A stretch of 20,302 bases of DNA from Azolla caroliniana (GCA_043228905.1 JBHGNT010000573.1:1-20302); one strand, 5' to 3'; counted from the first letter of the stretch, positions 1-8,880 are shown. The notes: generated by a model from the sequence alone, not told the origin. Program-made: numbers and translations.

Positions 1-605
1 CTATCTCTCTCGCGCTCCTCGTCCTCTTCCTCCCAGCTACGGTGTTCCCTTGATTGTTGGCCATGGCGTCGGCCTTCATCATTGCGTCGTTCCTCCTCGT
101 CAGCATACAAGGCATCACGTAGGCGATCGCATCGATCTTCGGCGGGGATTCGTTCGACGTTCCTGCAGCACCGTTCCGAGGGTCTTGAGTATCGAGTGTT
201 TTCGATCCATGGGGAGCGACGTCCTTGTTCACCTTCCTCTCTTTCGGAGCGCTCTTGTAGCTCTCGGATCTGCTTGTCGATGAAATCACCGCACTCTCGC
301 CTCAGTTCCTCGTCACGTGGCTCATCGCGACCACGGCTACGACGTTCCCTTTCCTCTTCGGAGTCTCTCTTGTTGTCTCTGTAGCGGCGCCCCTCCTCAA
401 GGAACCCCTCACGACGTCGCTCGCGCCTCTCGTCATCGCACTCCCCCTCTCGGCGTCGATCGCGCCTCTCCTCGTCAATGTCTCCCTCACGACGTCGATC
501 GCGTCGCTCCTCTTCACGGTCCCGCCCTACAGACCTAGCATTGGCCGCGGTACACGCGGCGAGCATGATCACGGCCATGAGGAATACGGAAGTAAGCTTT
601 GCCAT
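1..605 (-). CDS. 2S albumin-like storage preproprotein, copy 1 (3' end cut by window edge)
   Basis: ATG at 605 (cat at 603-605). The sequence matches the 5' part of copy 2 shifted by 1655 bp. Confidence 0.85.
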   Translation of the reverse strand, partial: MAKLTSVFLMAVIMLAACTAANARSVGRDREEERRDRRREGDIDEERRDRRREGECDDERRERRREGFLEEGRRYRDNKRDSEEERERRSRGRDEPRDEELRRECGDFIDKQIRELQERSEREEGEQGRRSPWIENTRYSRPSERCCRNVERIPAEDRCDRLRDALYADEEERRNDEGRRHGQQSREHRSWEEEDEERERD

Positions 606-671
606 TGCGATTGTCCTTATGATCCCGGTGCTTGTCTCCTAATGGATTGTATTGACATTGCTCCCTCCACC

Positions 672-682
672 TTTAATATATA
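672..682 (-). promoter_or_regulatory. TATA box (TATATATTAAA), repeated in every unit 67-77 bp upstream of the ATG
   Basis: The plus strand reads tttaatatata. It is an AT island in a GC-rich context at a fitting distance from the start codon, implying a TSS near 650. Confidence 0.8.
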
Positions 683-684
683 CA

Positions 685-714
685 CATGGCCATGCAATCA
701 GAGCACATGCATGT
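685..714. promoter_or_regulatory. RY/Sph elements (B3-domain ABI3/VP1/FUS3/LEC2-type sites): CATGCA at 691-696 and CATGCATG at 706-713, repeated in every unit
   Basis: Exact RY consensus directly upstream of the TATA box, inside the palindromes CATGGCCATG (685-694) and ACATGCATGT (705-714). This is typical of storage-protein promoters. Confidence 0.8.
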
Positions 715-736
715 CACTCACCACTCCCATTACCAT

Positions 737-966
737 AACGTGTGTGTCCTGCGTACAACTCTTGCCCAAGACCCATACCAACTAGTCCACCCTCCCACAC
801 GTCTAGGCTAGTCCTAGGTGTCGTATTGTCACCAGACAATCTGGGCGCAACCTGTAGCGGGTACTCCTCCTCCTCGCGCGAGAGCTTGTCGAGCAACATA
901 ACATTTATACATACATAGGTAAATGTGCGCACTCGCGCGTGCGCGTAGGGGTGTGCGGGCACGTGC
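737..966. promoter_or_regulatory. ACGT-core cluster (ABRE/G-box-like bZIP sites): AACGTG 737-742, CACACGTC 796-803, CGCGTG 936-941, GCACGTGC 959-966, repeated in every unit
   Basis: Motif matches upstream of the RY boxes. RY plus G-box/ABRE is the known maturation-gene module, but short motifs also arise by chance in CG-rich DNA. Confidence 0.55.
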
Positions 967-1313
967 ACATTAAACTAGAACGCGCTAGTGCCGAGACACT
1001 AAGCACGCGGAGGCTACTGCGGGACGAGTGGTGGCTCCCGAGTGTGCTACATCGATGAACGTAGATAGACCGGTGTCCGTACTCGCTCGTTCGGACGGAC
1101 GAGGGGTTGGTAACGACGACGACAAGGAAAGCTAACCGGACTACCACACTAGGAGTGTCCTATCGGGCAAGTGTGGAAGCAAGTTCACATTCGCCGCGTG
1201 TACAAGTTGACCTTAGCCTTAGCCGTTGCCGTGGCGTGTGCGGTATGGGTGTCCTGCTTTGATGTTTTTTTTTCCGTTTGGGTGGTTTGCGGTCCCTATA
1301 GGCAAATTCTATG

Positions 1314-1375
1314 CGTTGGTGCTCGTGTTTACGTTCGTGTTGGAGGGACGTTGGTGCTCGTGTTTACGTTCGTGT
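1314..1375. repeat. 27-bp perfect direct repeat x2 (CGTTGGTGCTCGTGTTTACGTTCGTGT, period 35), downstream of the stop codon in every unit
   Basis: Copies at 1314-1340 and 1349-1375 separated by TGGAGGGA. Confidence 0.95.
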
Positions 1376-1474
1376 GGGTGTAATGCGCGATTGGGGAGAC
1401 GCACTTGTTCGTAAACACTTACGAGAAATTAGAGAGAGACCACGAGAATAATTTGAACAAGGTTTATGTACTAT

Positions 1475-2260
1475 TTAGAAGCGACGAATACAAGCACGAG
1501 GGCGAAGATCGCACTGTTGGAGTAGGCGGGAGGCGGCGACGCCTAGAGCTCTTTCCTCGTCATCGGCCTTGAATTGGCGACGTTGTTGACGTTCGTCCTC
1601 TTGTCGTCGAGACATGCGGTGGCGGCGTTCGTCACCCTCTCGTCGCTCACGGCTGCTATCTCTCTCGCGCTCCTCGTCCTCTTCCTCCCAGCTACGGTGT
1701 TCCCTTGATTGTTGGCCATGGCGTCGGCCTTCATCATTGCGTCGTTCCTCCTCGTCAGCATACAAGGCATCACGTAGGCGATCGCATCGATCTTCGGCGG
1801 GGATTCGTTCGACGTTCCTGCAGCACCGTTCCGAGGGTCTTGAGTATCGAGTGTTTTCGATCCATGGGGAGCGACGTCCTTGTTCACCTTCCTCTCTTTC
1901 GGAGCGCTCTTGTAGCTCTCGGATCTGCTTGTCGATGAAATCACCGCACTCTCGCCTCAGTTCCTCGTCACGTGGCTCATCGCGACCACGGCTACGACGT
2001 TCCCTTTCCTCTTCGGAGTCTCTCTTGTTGTCTCTGTAGCGGCGCCCCTCCTCAAGGAACCCCTCACGACGTCGCTCGCGCCTCTCGTCATCGCACTCCC
2101 CCTCTCGGCGTCGATCGCGCCTCTCCTCGTCAATGTCTCCCTCACGACGTCGATCGCGTCGCTCCTCTTCACGGTCCCGCCCTACAGACCTAGCATTGGC
2201 CGCGGTACACGCGGCGAGCATGATCACGGCCATGAGGAATACGGAAGTAAGCTTTGCCAT
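1475..2260 (-). CDS. 2S albumin-like (prolamin superfamily) Arg/Glu-rich storage preproprotein, 261 aa, copy 2
   Basis: Hydrophobic signal peptide ending A-N-A (aa 1-23). Cys at 56, 105, 146, 147, 159, 250 and 257. The motifs PSERCC-X9-DRC and LLQQCDLRPRAC resemble the 2S albumin CC-X9-CxC and LPxxC-X6/7-C motifs. Plant-type start context GCAATGGC, no intron, TATA and RY boxes upstream. Confidence 0.88.
   Translation of the reverse strand: MAKLTSVFLMAVIMLAACTAANARSVGRDREEERRDRRREGDIDEERRDRRREGECDDERRERRREGFLEEGRRYRDNKRDSEEERERRSRGRDEPRDEELRRECGDFIDKQIRELQERSEREEGEQGRRSPWIENTRYSRPSERCCRNVERIPAEDRCDRLRDALYADEEERRNDEGRRHGQQSREHRSWEEEDEERERDSSRERREGDERRHRMSRRQEDERQQRRQFKADDEERALGVAASRLLQQCDLRPRACIRRF
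2054..2170 (-). repeat. Intragenic 39-bp (13-aa) tandem repeat x3, present in every gene copy
   Basis: aa 31-69: EEERRDRRREGDI / DEERRDRRREGEC / DDERRERRREGFL, followed by a partial EEGRR. Confidence 0.9.
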
Positions 2261-2326
2261 TGCGATTGTCCTTATGATCCCGGTGCTTGTCTCCTAATGG
2301 ATTGTATTGACATTGCTCCCTCCACC

Positions 2327-2368
2327 TTTAATATATACACATGGCCATGCAATCAGAGCACATGCATG
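2327..2368 (-). promoter_or_regulatory. Core promoter (TATA + RY elements) of copy 2
   Basis: Identical to 672-713 shifted by 1655 bp. Confidence 0.75.
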
Positions 2369-3129
2369 TCACTCACCACTCCCATTACCATAACGTGTGT
2401 GTCCTGCGTACAACTCTTGCCCAAGACCCATACCAACTAGTCCACCCTCCCACACGTCTAGGCTAGTCCTAGGTGTCGTATTGTCACCAGACAATCTGGG
2501 CGCAACCTGTAGCGGGTACTCCTCCTCCTCGCGCGAGAGCTTGTCGAGCAACATAACATTTATACATACATAGGTAAATGTGCGCACTCGCGCGTGCGCG
2601 TAGGGGTGTGCGGGCACGTGCACATTAAACTAGAACGCGCTAGTGCCGAGACACTAAGCACGCGGAGGCTACTGCGGGACGAGTGGTGGCTCCCGAGTGT
2701 GCTACATCGATGAACGTAGATAGACCGGTGTCCGTACTCGCTCGTTCGGACGGACGAGGGGTTGGTAACGACGACGACAAGGAAAGCTAACCGGACTACC
2801 ACACTAGGAGTGTCCTATCGGGCAAGTGTGGAAGCAAGTTCACATTCGCCGCGTGTACAAGTTGACCTTAGCCTTAGCCGTTGCCGTGGCGTGTGCGGTA
2901 TGGGTGTCCTGCTTTGATGTTTTTTTTTCCGTTTGGGTGGTTTGCGGTCCCTATAGGCAAATTCTATGCGTTGGTGCTCGTGTTTACGTTCGTGTTGGAG
3001 GGACGTTGGTGCTCGTGTTTACGTTCGTGTGGGTGTAATGCGCGATTGGGGAGACGCACTTGTTCGTAAACACTTACGAGAAATTAGAGAGAGACCACGA
3101 GAATAATTTGAACAAGGTTTATGTACTAT

Positions 3130-3915
3130 TTAGAAGCGACGAATACAAGCACGAGGGCGAAGATCGCACTGTTGGAGTAGGCGGGAGGCGGCGACGCCTA
3201 GAGCTCTTTCCTCGTCATCGGCCTTGAATTGGCGACGTTGTTGACGTTCGTCCTCTTGTCGTCGAGACATGCGGTGGCGGCGTTCGTCACCCTCTCGTCG
3301 CTCACGGCTGCTATCTCTCTCGCGCTCCTCGTCCTCTTCCTCCCAGCTACGGTGTTCCCTTGATTGTTGGCCATGGCGTCGGCCTTCATCATTGCGTCGT
3401 TCCTCCTCGTCAGCATACAAGGCATCACGTAGGCGATCGCATCGATCTTCGGCGGGGATTCGTTCGACGTTCCTGCAGCACCGTTCCGAGGGTCTTGAGT
3501 ATCGAGTGTTTTCGATCCATGGGGAGCGACGTCCTTGTTCACCTTCCTCTCTTTCGGAGCGCTCTTGTAGCTCTCGGATCTGCTTGTCGATGAAATCACC
3601 GCACTCTCGCCTCAGTTCCTCGTCACGTGGCTCATCGCGACCACGGCTACGACGTTCCCTTTCCTCTTCGGAGTCTCTCTTGTTGTCTCTGTAGCGGCGC
3701 CCCTCCTCAAGGAACCCCTCACGACGTCGCTCGCGCCTCTCGTCATCGCACTCCCCCTCTCGGCGTCGATCGCGCCTCTCCTCGTCAATGTCTCCCTCAC
3801 GACGTCGATCGCGTCGCTCCTCTTCACGGTCCCGCCCTACAGACCTAGCATTGGCCGCGGTACACGCGGCGAGCATGATCACGGCCATGAGGAATACGGA
3901 AGTAAGCTTTGCCAT
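3130..3915 (-). CDS. 2S albumin-like storage preproprotein, copy 3
   Basis: Translation identical to copy 2. Confidence 0.88.
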   Translation of the reverse strand: MAKLTSVFLMAVIMLAACTAANARSVGRDREEERRDRRREGDIDEERRDRRREGECDDERRERRREGFLEEGRRYRDNKRDSEEERERRSRGRDEPRDEELRRECGDFIDKQIRELQERSEREEGEQGRRSPWIENTRYSRPSERCCRNVERIPAEDRCDRLRDALYADEEERRNDEGRRHGQQSREHRSWEEEDEERERDSSRERREGDERRHRMSRRQEDERQQRRQFKADDEERALGVAASRLLQQCDLRPRACIRRF

Positions 3916-4784
3916 TGCGATTGTCCTTATGATCCCGGTGCTTGTCTCCTAATGGATTGTATTGACATTGCTCCCTCCACCTTTAATATATACACATGGC
4001 CATGCAATCAGAGCACATGCATGTCACTCACCACTCCCATTACCATAACGTGTGTGTCCTGCGTACAACTCTTGCCCAAGACCCATACCAACTAGTCCAC
4101 CCTCCCACACGTCTAGGCTAGTCCTAGGTGTCGTATTGTCACCAGACAATCTGGGCGCAACCTGTAGCGGGTACTCCTCCTCCTCGCGCGAGAGCTTGTC
4201 GAGCAACATAACATTTATACATACATAGGTAAATGTGCGCACTCGCGCGTGCGCGTAGGGGTGTGCGGGCACGTGCACATTAAACTAGAACGCGCTAGTG
4301 CCGAGACACTAAGCACGCGGAGGCTACTGCGGGACGAGTGGTGGCTCCCGAGTGTGCTACATCGATGAACGTAGATAGACCGGTGTCCGTACTCGCTCGT
4401 TCGGACGGACGAGGGGTTGGTAACGACGACGACAAGGAAAGCTAACCGGACTACCACACTAGGAGTGTCCTATCGGGCAAGTGTGGAAGCAAGTTCACAT
4501 TCGCCGCGTGTACAAGTTGACCTTAGCCTTAGCCGTTGCCGTGGCGTGTGCGGTATGGGTGTCCTGCTTTGATGTTTTTTTTTCCGTTTGGGTGGTTTGC
4601 GGTCCCTATAGGCAAATTCTATGCGTTGGTGCTCGTGTTTACGTTCGTGTTGGAGGGACGTTGGTGCTCGTGTTTACGTTCGTGTGGGTGTAATGCGCGA
4701 TTGGGGAGACGCACTTGTTCGTAAACACTTACGAGAAATTAGAGAGAGACCACGAGAATAATTTGAACAAGGTTTATGTACTAT

Positions 4785-5570
4785 TTAGAAGCGACGAATA
4801 CAAGCACGAGGGCGAAGATCGCACTGTTGGAGTAGGCGGGAGGCGGCGACGCCTAGAGCTCTTTCCTCGTCATCGGCCTTGAATTGGCGACGTTGTTGAC
4901 GTTCGTCCTCTTGTCGTCGAGACATGCGGTGGCGGCGTTCGTCACCCTCTCGTCGCTCACGGCTGCTATCTCTCTCGCGCTCCTCGTCCTCTTCCTCCCA
5001 GCTACGGTGTTCCCTTGATTGTTGGCCATGGCGTCGGCCTTCATCATTGCGTCGTTCCTCCTCGTCAGCATACAAGGCATCACGTAGGCGATCGCATCGA
5101 TCTTCGGCGGGGATTCGTTCGACGTTCCTGCAGCACCGTTCCGAGGGTCTTGAGTATCGAGTGTTTTCGATCCATGGGGAGCGACGTCCTTGTTCACCTT
5201 CCTCTCTTTCGGAGCGCTCTTGTAGCTCTCGGATCTGCTTGTCGATGAAATCACCGCACTCTCGCCTCAGTTCCTCGTCACGTGGCTCATCGCGACCACG
5301 GCTACGACGTTCCCTTTCCTCTTCGGAGTCTCTCTTGTTGTCTCTGTAGCGGCGCCCCTCCTCAAGGAACCCCTCACGACGTCGCTCGCGCCTCTCGTCA
5401 TCGCACTCCCCCTCTCGGCGTCGATCGCGCCTCTCCTCGTCAATGTCTCCCTCACGACGTCGATCGCGTCGCTCCTCTTCACGGTCCCGCCCTACAGACC
5501 TAGCATTGGCCGCGGTACACGCGGCGAGCATGATCACGGCCATGAGGAATACGGAAGTAAGCTTTGCCAT
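4785..5570 (-). CDS. 2S albumin-like storage preproprotein, copy 4
   Basis: Translation identical to copy 2. Confidence 0.88.
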   Translation of the reverse strand: MAKLTSVFLMAVIMLAACTAANARSVGRDREEERRDRRREGDIDEERRDRRREGECDDERRERRREGFLEEGRRYRDNKRDSEEERERRSRGRDEPRDEELRRECGDFIDKQIRELQERSEREEGEQGRRSPWIENTRYSRPSERCCRNVERIPAEDRCDRLRDALYADEEERRNDEGRRHGQQSREHRSWEEEDEERERDSSRERREGDERRHRMSRRQEDERQQRRQFKADDEERALGVAASRLLQQCDLRPRACIRRF

Positions 5571-6439
5571 TGCGATTGTCCTTATGATCCCGGTGCTTGT
5601 CTCCTAATGGATTGTATTGACATTGCTCCCTCCACCTTTAATATATACACATGGCCATGCAATCAGAGCACATGCATGTCACTCACCACTCCCATTACCA
5701 TAACGTGTGTGTCCTGCGTACAACTCTTGCCCAAGACCCATACCAACTAGTCCACCCTCCCACACGTCTAGGCTAGTCCTAGGTGTCGTATTGTCACCAG
5801 ACAATCTGGGCGCAACCTGTAGCGGGTACTCCTCCTCCTCGCGCGAGAGCTTGTCGAGCAACATAACATTTATACATACATAGGTAAATGTGCGCACTCG
5901 CGCGTGCGCGTAGGGGTGTGCGGGCACGTGCACATTAAACTAGAACGCGCTAGTGCCGAGACACTAAGCACGCGGAGGCTACTGCGGGACGAGTGGTGGC
6001 TCCCGAGTGTGCTACATCGATGAACGTAGATAGACCGGTGTCCGTACTCGCTCGTTCGGACGGACGAGGGGTTGGTAACGACGACGACAAGGAAAGCTAA
6101 CCGGACTACCACACTAGGAGTGTCCTATCGGGCAAGTGTGGAAGCAAGTTCACATTCGCCGCGTGTACAAGTTGACCTTAGCCTTAGCCGTTGCCGTGGC
6201 GTGTGCGGTATGGGTGTCCTGCTTTGATGTTTTTTTTTCCGTTTGGGTGGTTTGCGGTCCCTATAGGCAAATTCTATGCGTTGGTGCTCGTGTTTACGTT
6301 CGTGTTGGAGGGACGTTGGTGCTCGTGTTTACGTTCGTGTGGGTGTAATGCGCGATTGGGGAGACGCACTTGTTCGTAAACACTTACGAGAAATTAGAGA
6401 GAGACCACGAGAATAATTTGAACAAGGTTTATGTACTAT

Positions 6440-7225
6440 TTAGAAGCGACGAATACAAGCACGAGGGCGAAGATCGCACTGTTGGAGTAGGCGGGAGGCG
6501 GCGACGCCTAGAGCTCTTTCCTCGTCATCGGCCTTGAATTGGCGACGTTGTTGACGTTCGTCCTCTTGTCGTCGAGACATGCGGTGGCGGCGTTCGTCAC
6601 CCTCTCGTCGCTCACGGCTGCTATCTCTCTCGCGCTCCTCGTCCTCTTCCTCCCAGCTACGGTGTTCCCTTGATTGTTGGCCATGGCGTCGGCCTTCATC
6701 ATTGCGTCGTTCCTCCTCGTCAGCATACAAGGCATCACGTAGGCGATCGCATCGATCTTCGGCGGGGATTCGTTCGACGTTCCTGCAGCACCGTTCCGAG
6801 GGTCTTGAGTATCGAGTGTTTTCGATCCATGGGGAGCGACGTCCTTGTTCACCTTCCTCTCTTTCGGAGCGCTCTTGTAGCTCTCGGATCTGCTTGTCGA
6901 TGAAATCACCGCACTCTCGCCTCAGTTCCTCGTCACGTGGCTCATCGCGACCACGGCTACGACGTTCCCTTTCCTCTTCGGAGTCTCTCTTGTTGTCTCT
7001 GTAGCGGCGCCCCTCCTCAAGGAACCCCTCACGACGTCGCTCGCGCCTCTCGTCATCGCACTCCCCCTCTCGGCGTCGATCGCGCCTCTCCTCGTCAATG
7101 TCTCCCTCACGACGTCGATCGCGTCGCTCCTCTTCACGGTCCCGCCCTACAGACCTAGCATTGGCCGCGGTACACGCGGCGAGCATGATCACGGCCATGA
7201 GGAATACGGAAGTAAGCTTTGCCAT
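6440..7225 (-). CDS. 2S albumin-like storage preproprotein, copy 5
   Basis: Translation identical to copy 2. Confidence 0.88.
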   Translation of the reverse strand: MAKLTSVFLMAVIMLAACTAANARSVGRDREEERRDRRREGDIDEERRDRRREGECDDERRERRREGFLEEGRRYRDNKRDSEEERERRSRGRDEPRDEELRRECGDFIDKQIRELQERSEREEGEQGRRSPWIENTRYSRPSERCCRNVERIPAEDRCDRLRDALYADEEERRNDEGRRHGQQSREHRSWEEEDEERERDSSRERREGDERRHRMSRRQEDERQQRRQFKADDEERALGVAASRLLQQCDLRPRACIRRF

Positions 7226-8094
7226 TGCGATTGTCCTTATGATCCCGGTGCTTGTCTCCTAATGGATTGTATTGACATTGCTCCCTCCACCTTTAATATA
7301 TACACATGGCCATGCAATCAGAGCACATGCATGTCACTCACCACTCCCATTACCATAACGTGTGTGTCCTGCGTACAACTCTTGCCCAAGACCCATACCA
7401 ACTAGTCCACCCTCCCACACGTCTAGGCTAGTCCTAGGTGTCGTATTGTCACCAGACAATCTGGGCGCAACCTGTAGCGGGTACTCCTCCTCCTCGCGCG
7501 AGAGCTTGTCGAGCAACATAACATTTATACATACATAGGTAAATGTGCGCACTCGCGCGTGCGCGTAGGGGTGTGCGGGCACGTGCACATTAAACTAGAA
7601 CGCGCTAGTGCCGAGACACTAAGCACGCGGAGGCTACTGCGGGACGAGTGGTGGCTCCCGAGTGTGCTACATCGATGAACGTAGATAGACCGGTGTCCGT
7701 ACTCGCTCGTTCGGACGGACGAGGGGTTGGTAACGACGACGACAAGGAAAGCTAACCGGACTACCACACTAGGAGTGTCCTATCGGGCAAGTGTGGAAGC
7801 AAGTTCACATTCGCCGCGTGTACAAGTTGACCTTAGCCTTAGCCGTTGCCGTGGCGTGTGCGGTATGGGTGTCCTGCTTTGATGTTTTTTTTTCCGTTTG
7901 GGTGGTTTGCGGTCCCTATAGGCAAATTCTATGCGTTGGTGCTCGTGTTTACGTTCGTGTTGGAGGGACGTTGGTGCTCGTGTTTACGTTCGTGTGGGTG
8001 TAATGCGCGATTGGGGAGACGCACTTGTTCGTAAACACTTACGAGAAATTAGAGAGAGACCACGAGAATAATTTGAACAAGGTTTATGTACTAT

Positions 8095-8880
8095 TTAGAA
8101 GCGACGAATACAAGCACGAGGGCGAAGATCGCACTGTTGGAGTAGGCGGGAGGCGGCGACGCCTAGAGCTCTTTCCTCGTCATCGGCCTTGAATTGGCGA
8201 CGTTGTTGACGTTCGTCCTCTTGTCGTCGAGACATGCGGTGGCGGCGTTCGTCACCCTCTCGTCGCTCACGGCTGCTATCTCTCTCGCGCTCCTCGTCCT
8301 CTTCCTCCCAGCTACGGTGTTCCCTTGATTGTTGGCCATGGCGTCGGCCTTCATCATTGCGTCGTTCCTCCTCGTCAGCATACAAGGCATCACGTAGGCG
8401 ATCGCATCGATCTTCGGCGGGGATTCGTTCGACGTTCCTGCAGCACCGTTCCGAGGGTCTTGAGTATCGAGTGTTTTCGATCCATGGGGAGCGACGTCCT
8501 TGTTCACCTTCCTCTCTTTCGGAGCGCTCTTGTAGCTCTCGGATCTGCTTGTCGATGAAATCACCGCACTCTCGCCTCAGTTCCTCGTCACGTGGCTCAT
8601 CGCGACCACGGCTACGACGTTCCCTTTCCTCTTCGGAGTCTCTCTTGTTGTCTCTGTAGCGGCGCCCCTCCTCAAGGAACCCCTCACGACGTCGCTCGCG
8701 CCTCTCGTCATCGCACTCCCCCTCTCGGCGTCGATCGCGCCTCTCCTCGTCAATGTCTCCCTCACGACGTCGATCGCGTCGCTCCTCTTCACGGTCCCGC
8801 CCTACAGACCTAGCATTGGCCGCGGTACACGCGGCGAGCATGATCACGGCCATGAGGAATACGGAAGTAAGCTTTGCCAT
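8095..8880 (-). CDS. 2S albumin-like storage preproprotein, copy 6
   Basis: Translation identical to copy 2. Upstream spacer has a private G>C at 9135. Confidence 0.88.
   Translation of the reverse strand: MAKLTSVFLMAVIMLAACTAANARSVGRDREEERRDRRREGDIDEERRDRRREGECDDERRERRREGFLEEGRRYRDNKRDSEEERERRSRGRDEPRDEELRRECGDFIDKQIRELQERSEREEGEQGRRSPWIENTRYSRPSERCCRNVERIPAEDRCDRLRDALYADEEERRNDEGRRHGQQSREHRSWEEEDEERERDSSRERREGDERRHRMSRRQEDERQQRRQFKADDEERALGVAASRLLQQCDLRPRACIRRF

Noticed and set aside
617-658. Upstream ATG (656-658, minus strand) opening a 13-codon uORF
   Set aside because: It lies only about 14 nt downstream of the TATA box, probably upstream of the transcription start, so it is unlikely to be in the mRNA
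760-1004. Possible Helitron ends or rolling-circle junction: CTAG-TC at 782-787 and 808-813, and small hairpins at 760-771 and 984-1004 near CTAG
   Set aside because: The hairpins are short, weak or wrongly spaced compared with the GC-rich 16-20-nt Helitron hairpin, and there is no Rep/helicase sequence. Array boundaries would be needed to test this.
1171-1273. T9 run as a Pol III terminator of a hidden 5S, tRNA or snRNA gene, or as a retrocopy poly(A) remnant
   Set aside because: I could not recognise any 5S, tRNA or snRNA sequence or convincing A/B boxes. The gene keeps its own TATA/RY promoter and 2S albumin genes are commonly intronless, so retroposition is not needed.
1314-1375. CRISPR-like direct repeats
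   Set aside because: There are only two repeats with an 8-bp invariant spacer, the context is eukaryotic, and no cas genes are present
714-1414. Spacer ORFs of 84, 80, 70 and 62 aa, including a hydrophobic Val-rich one
   Set aside because: Most begin at non-ATG codons and overlap promoter motifs. The hydrophobicity reflects GT-rich sequence, and recurrence only reflects the DNA repeat.
1614-2039. 141-aa Ser/Arg-rich plus-strand ORF (and the 77-, 73-, 133- and 71-aa overlapping ORFs) in every unit
   Set aside because: These are antisense or alternative-frame shadows of the low-complexity GAG/CGN-rich albumin CDS, with no promoter or domain evidence of their own
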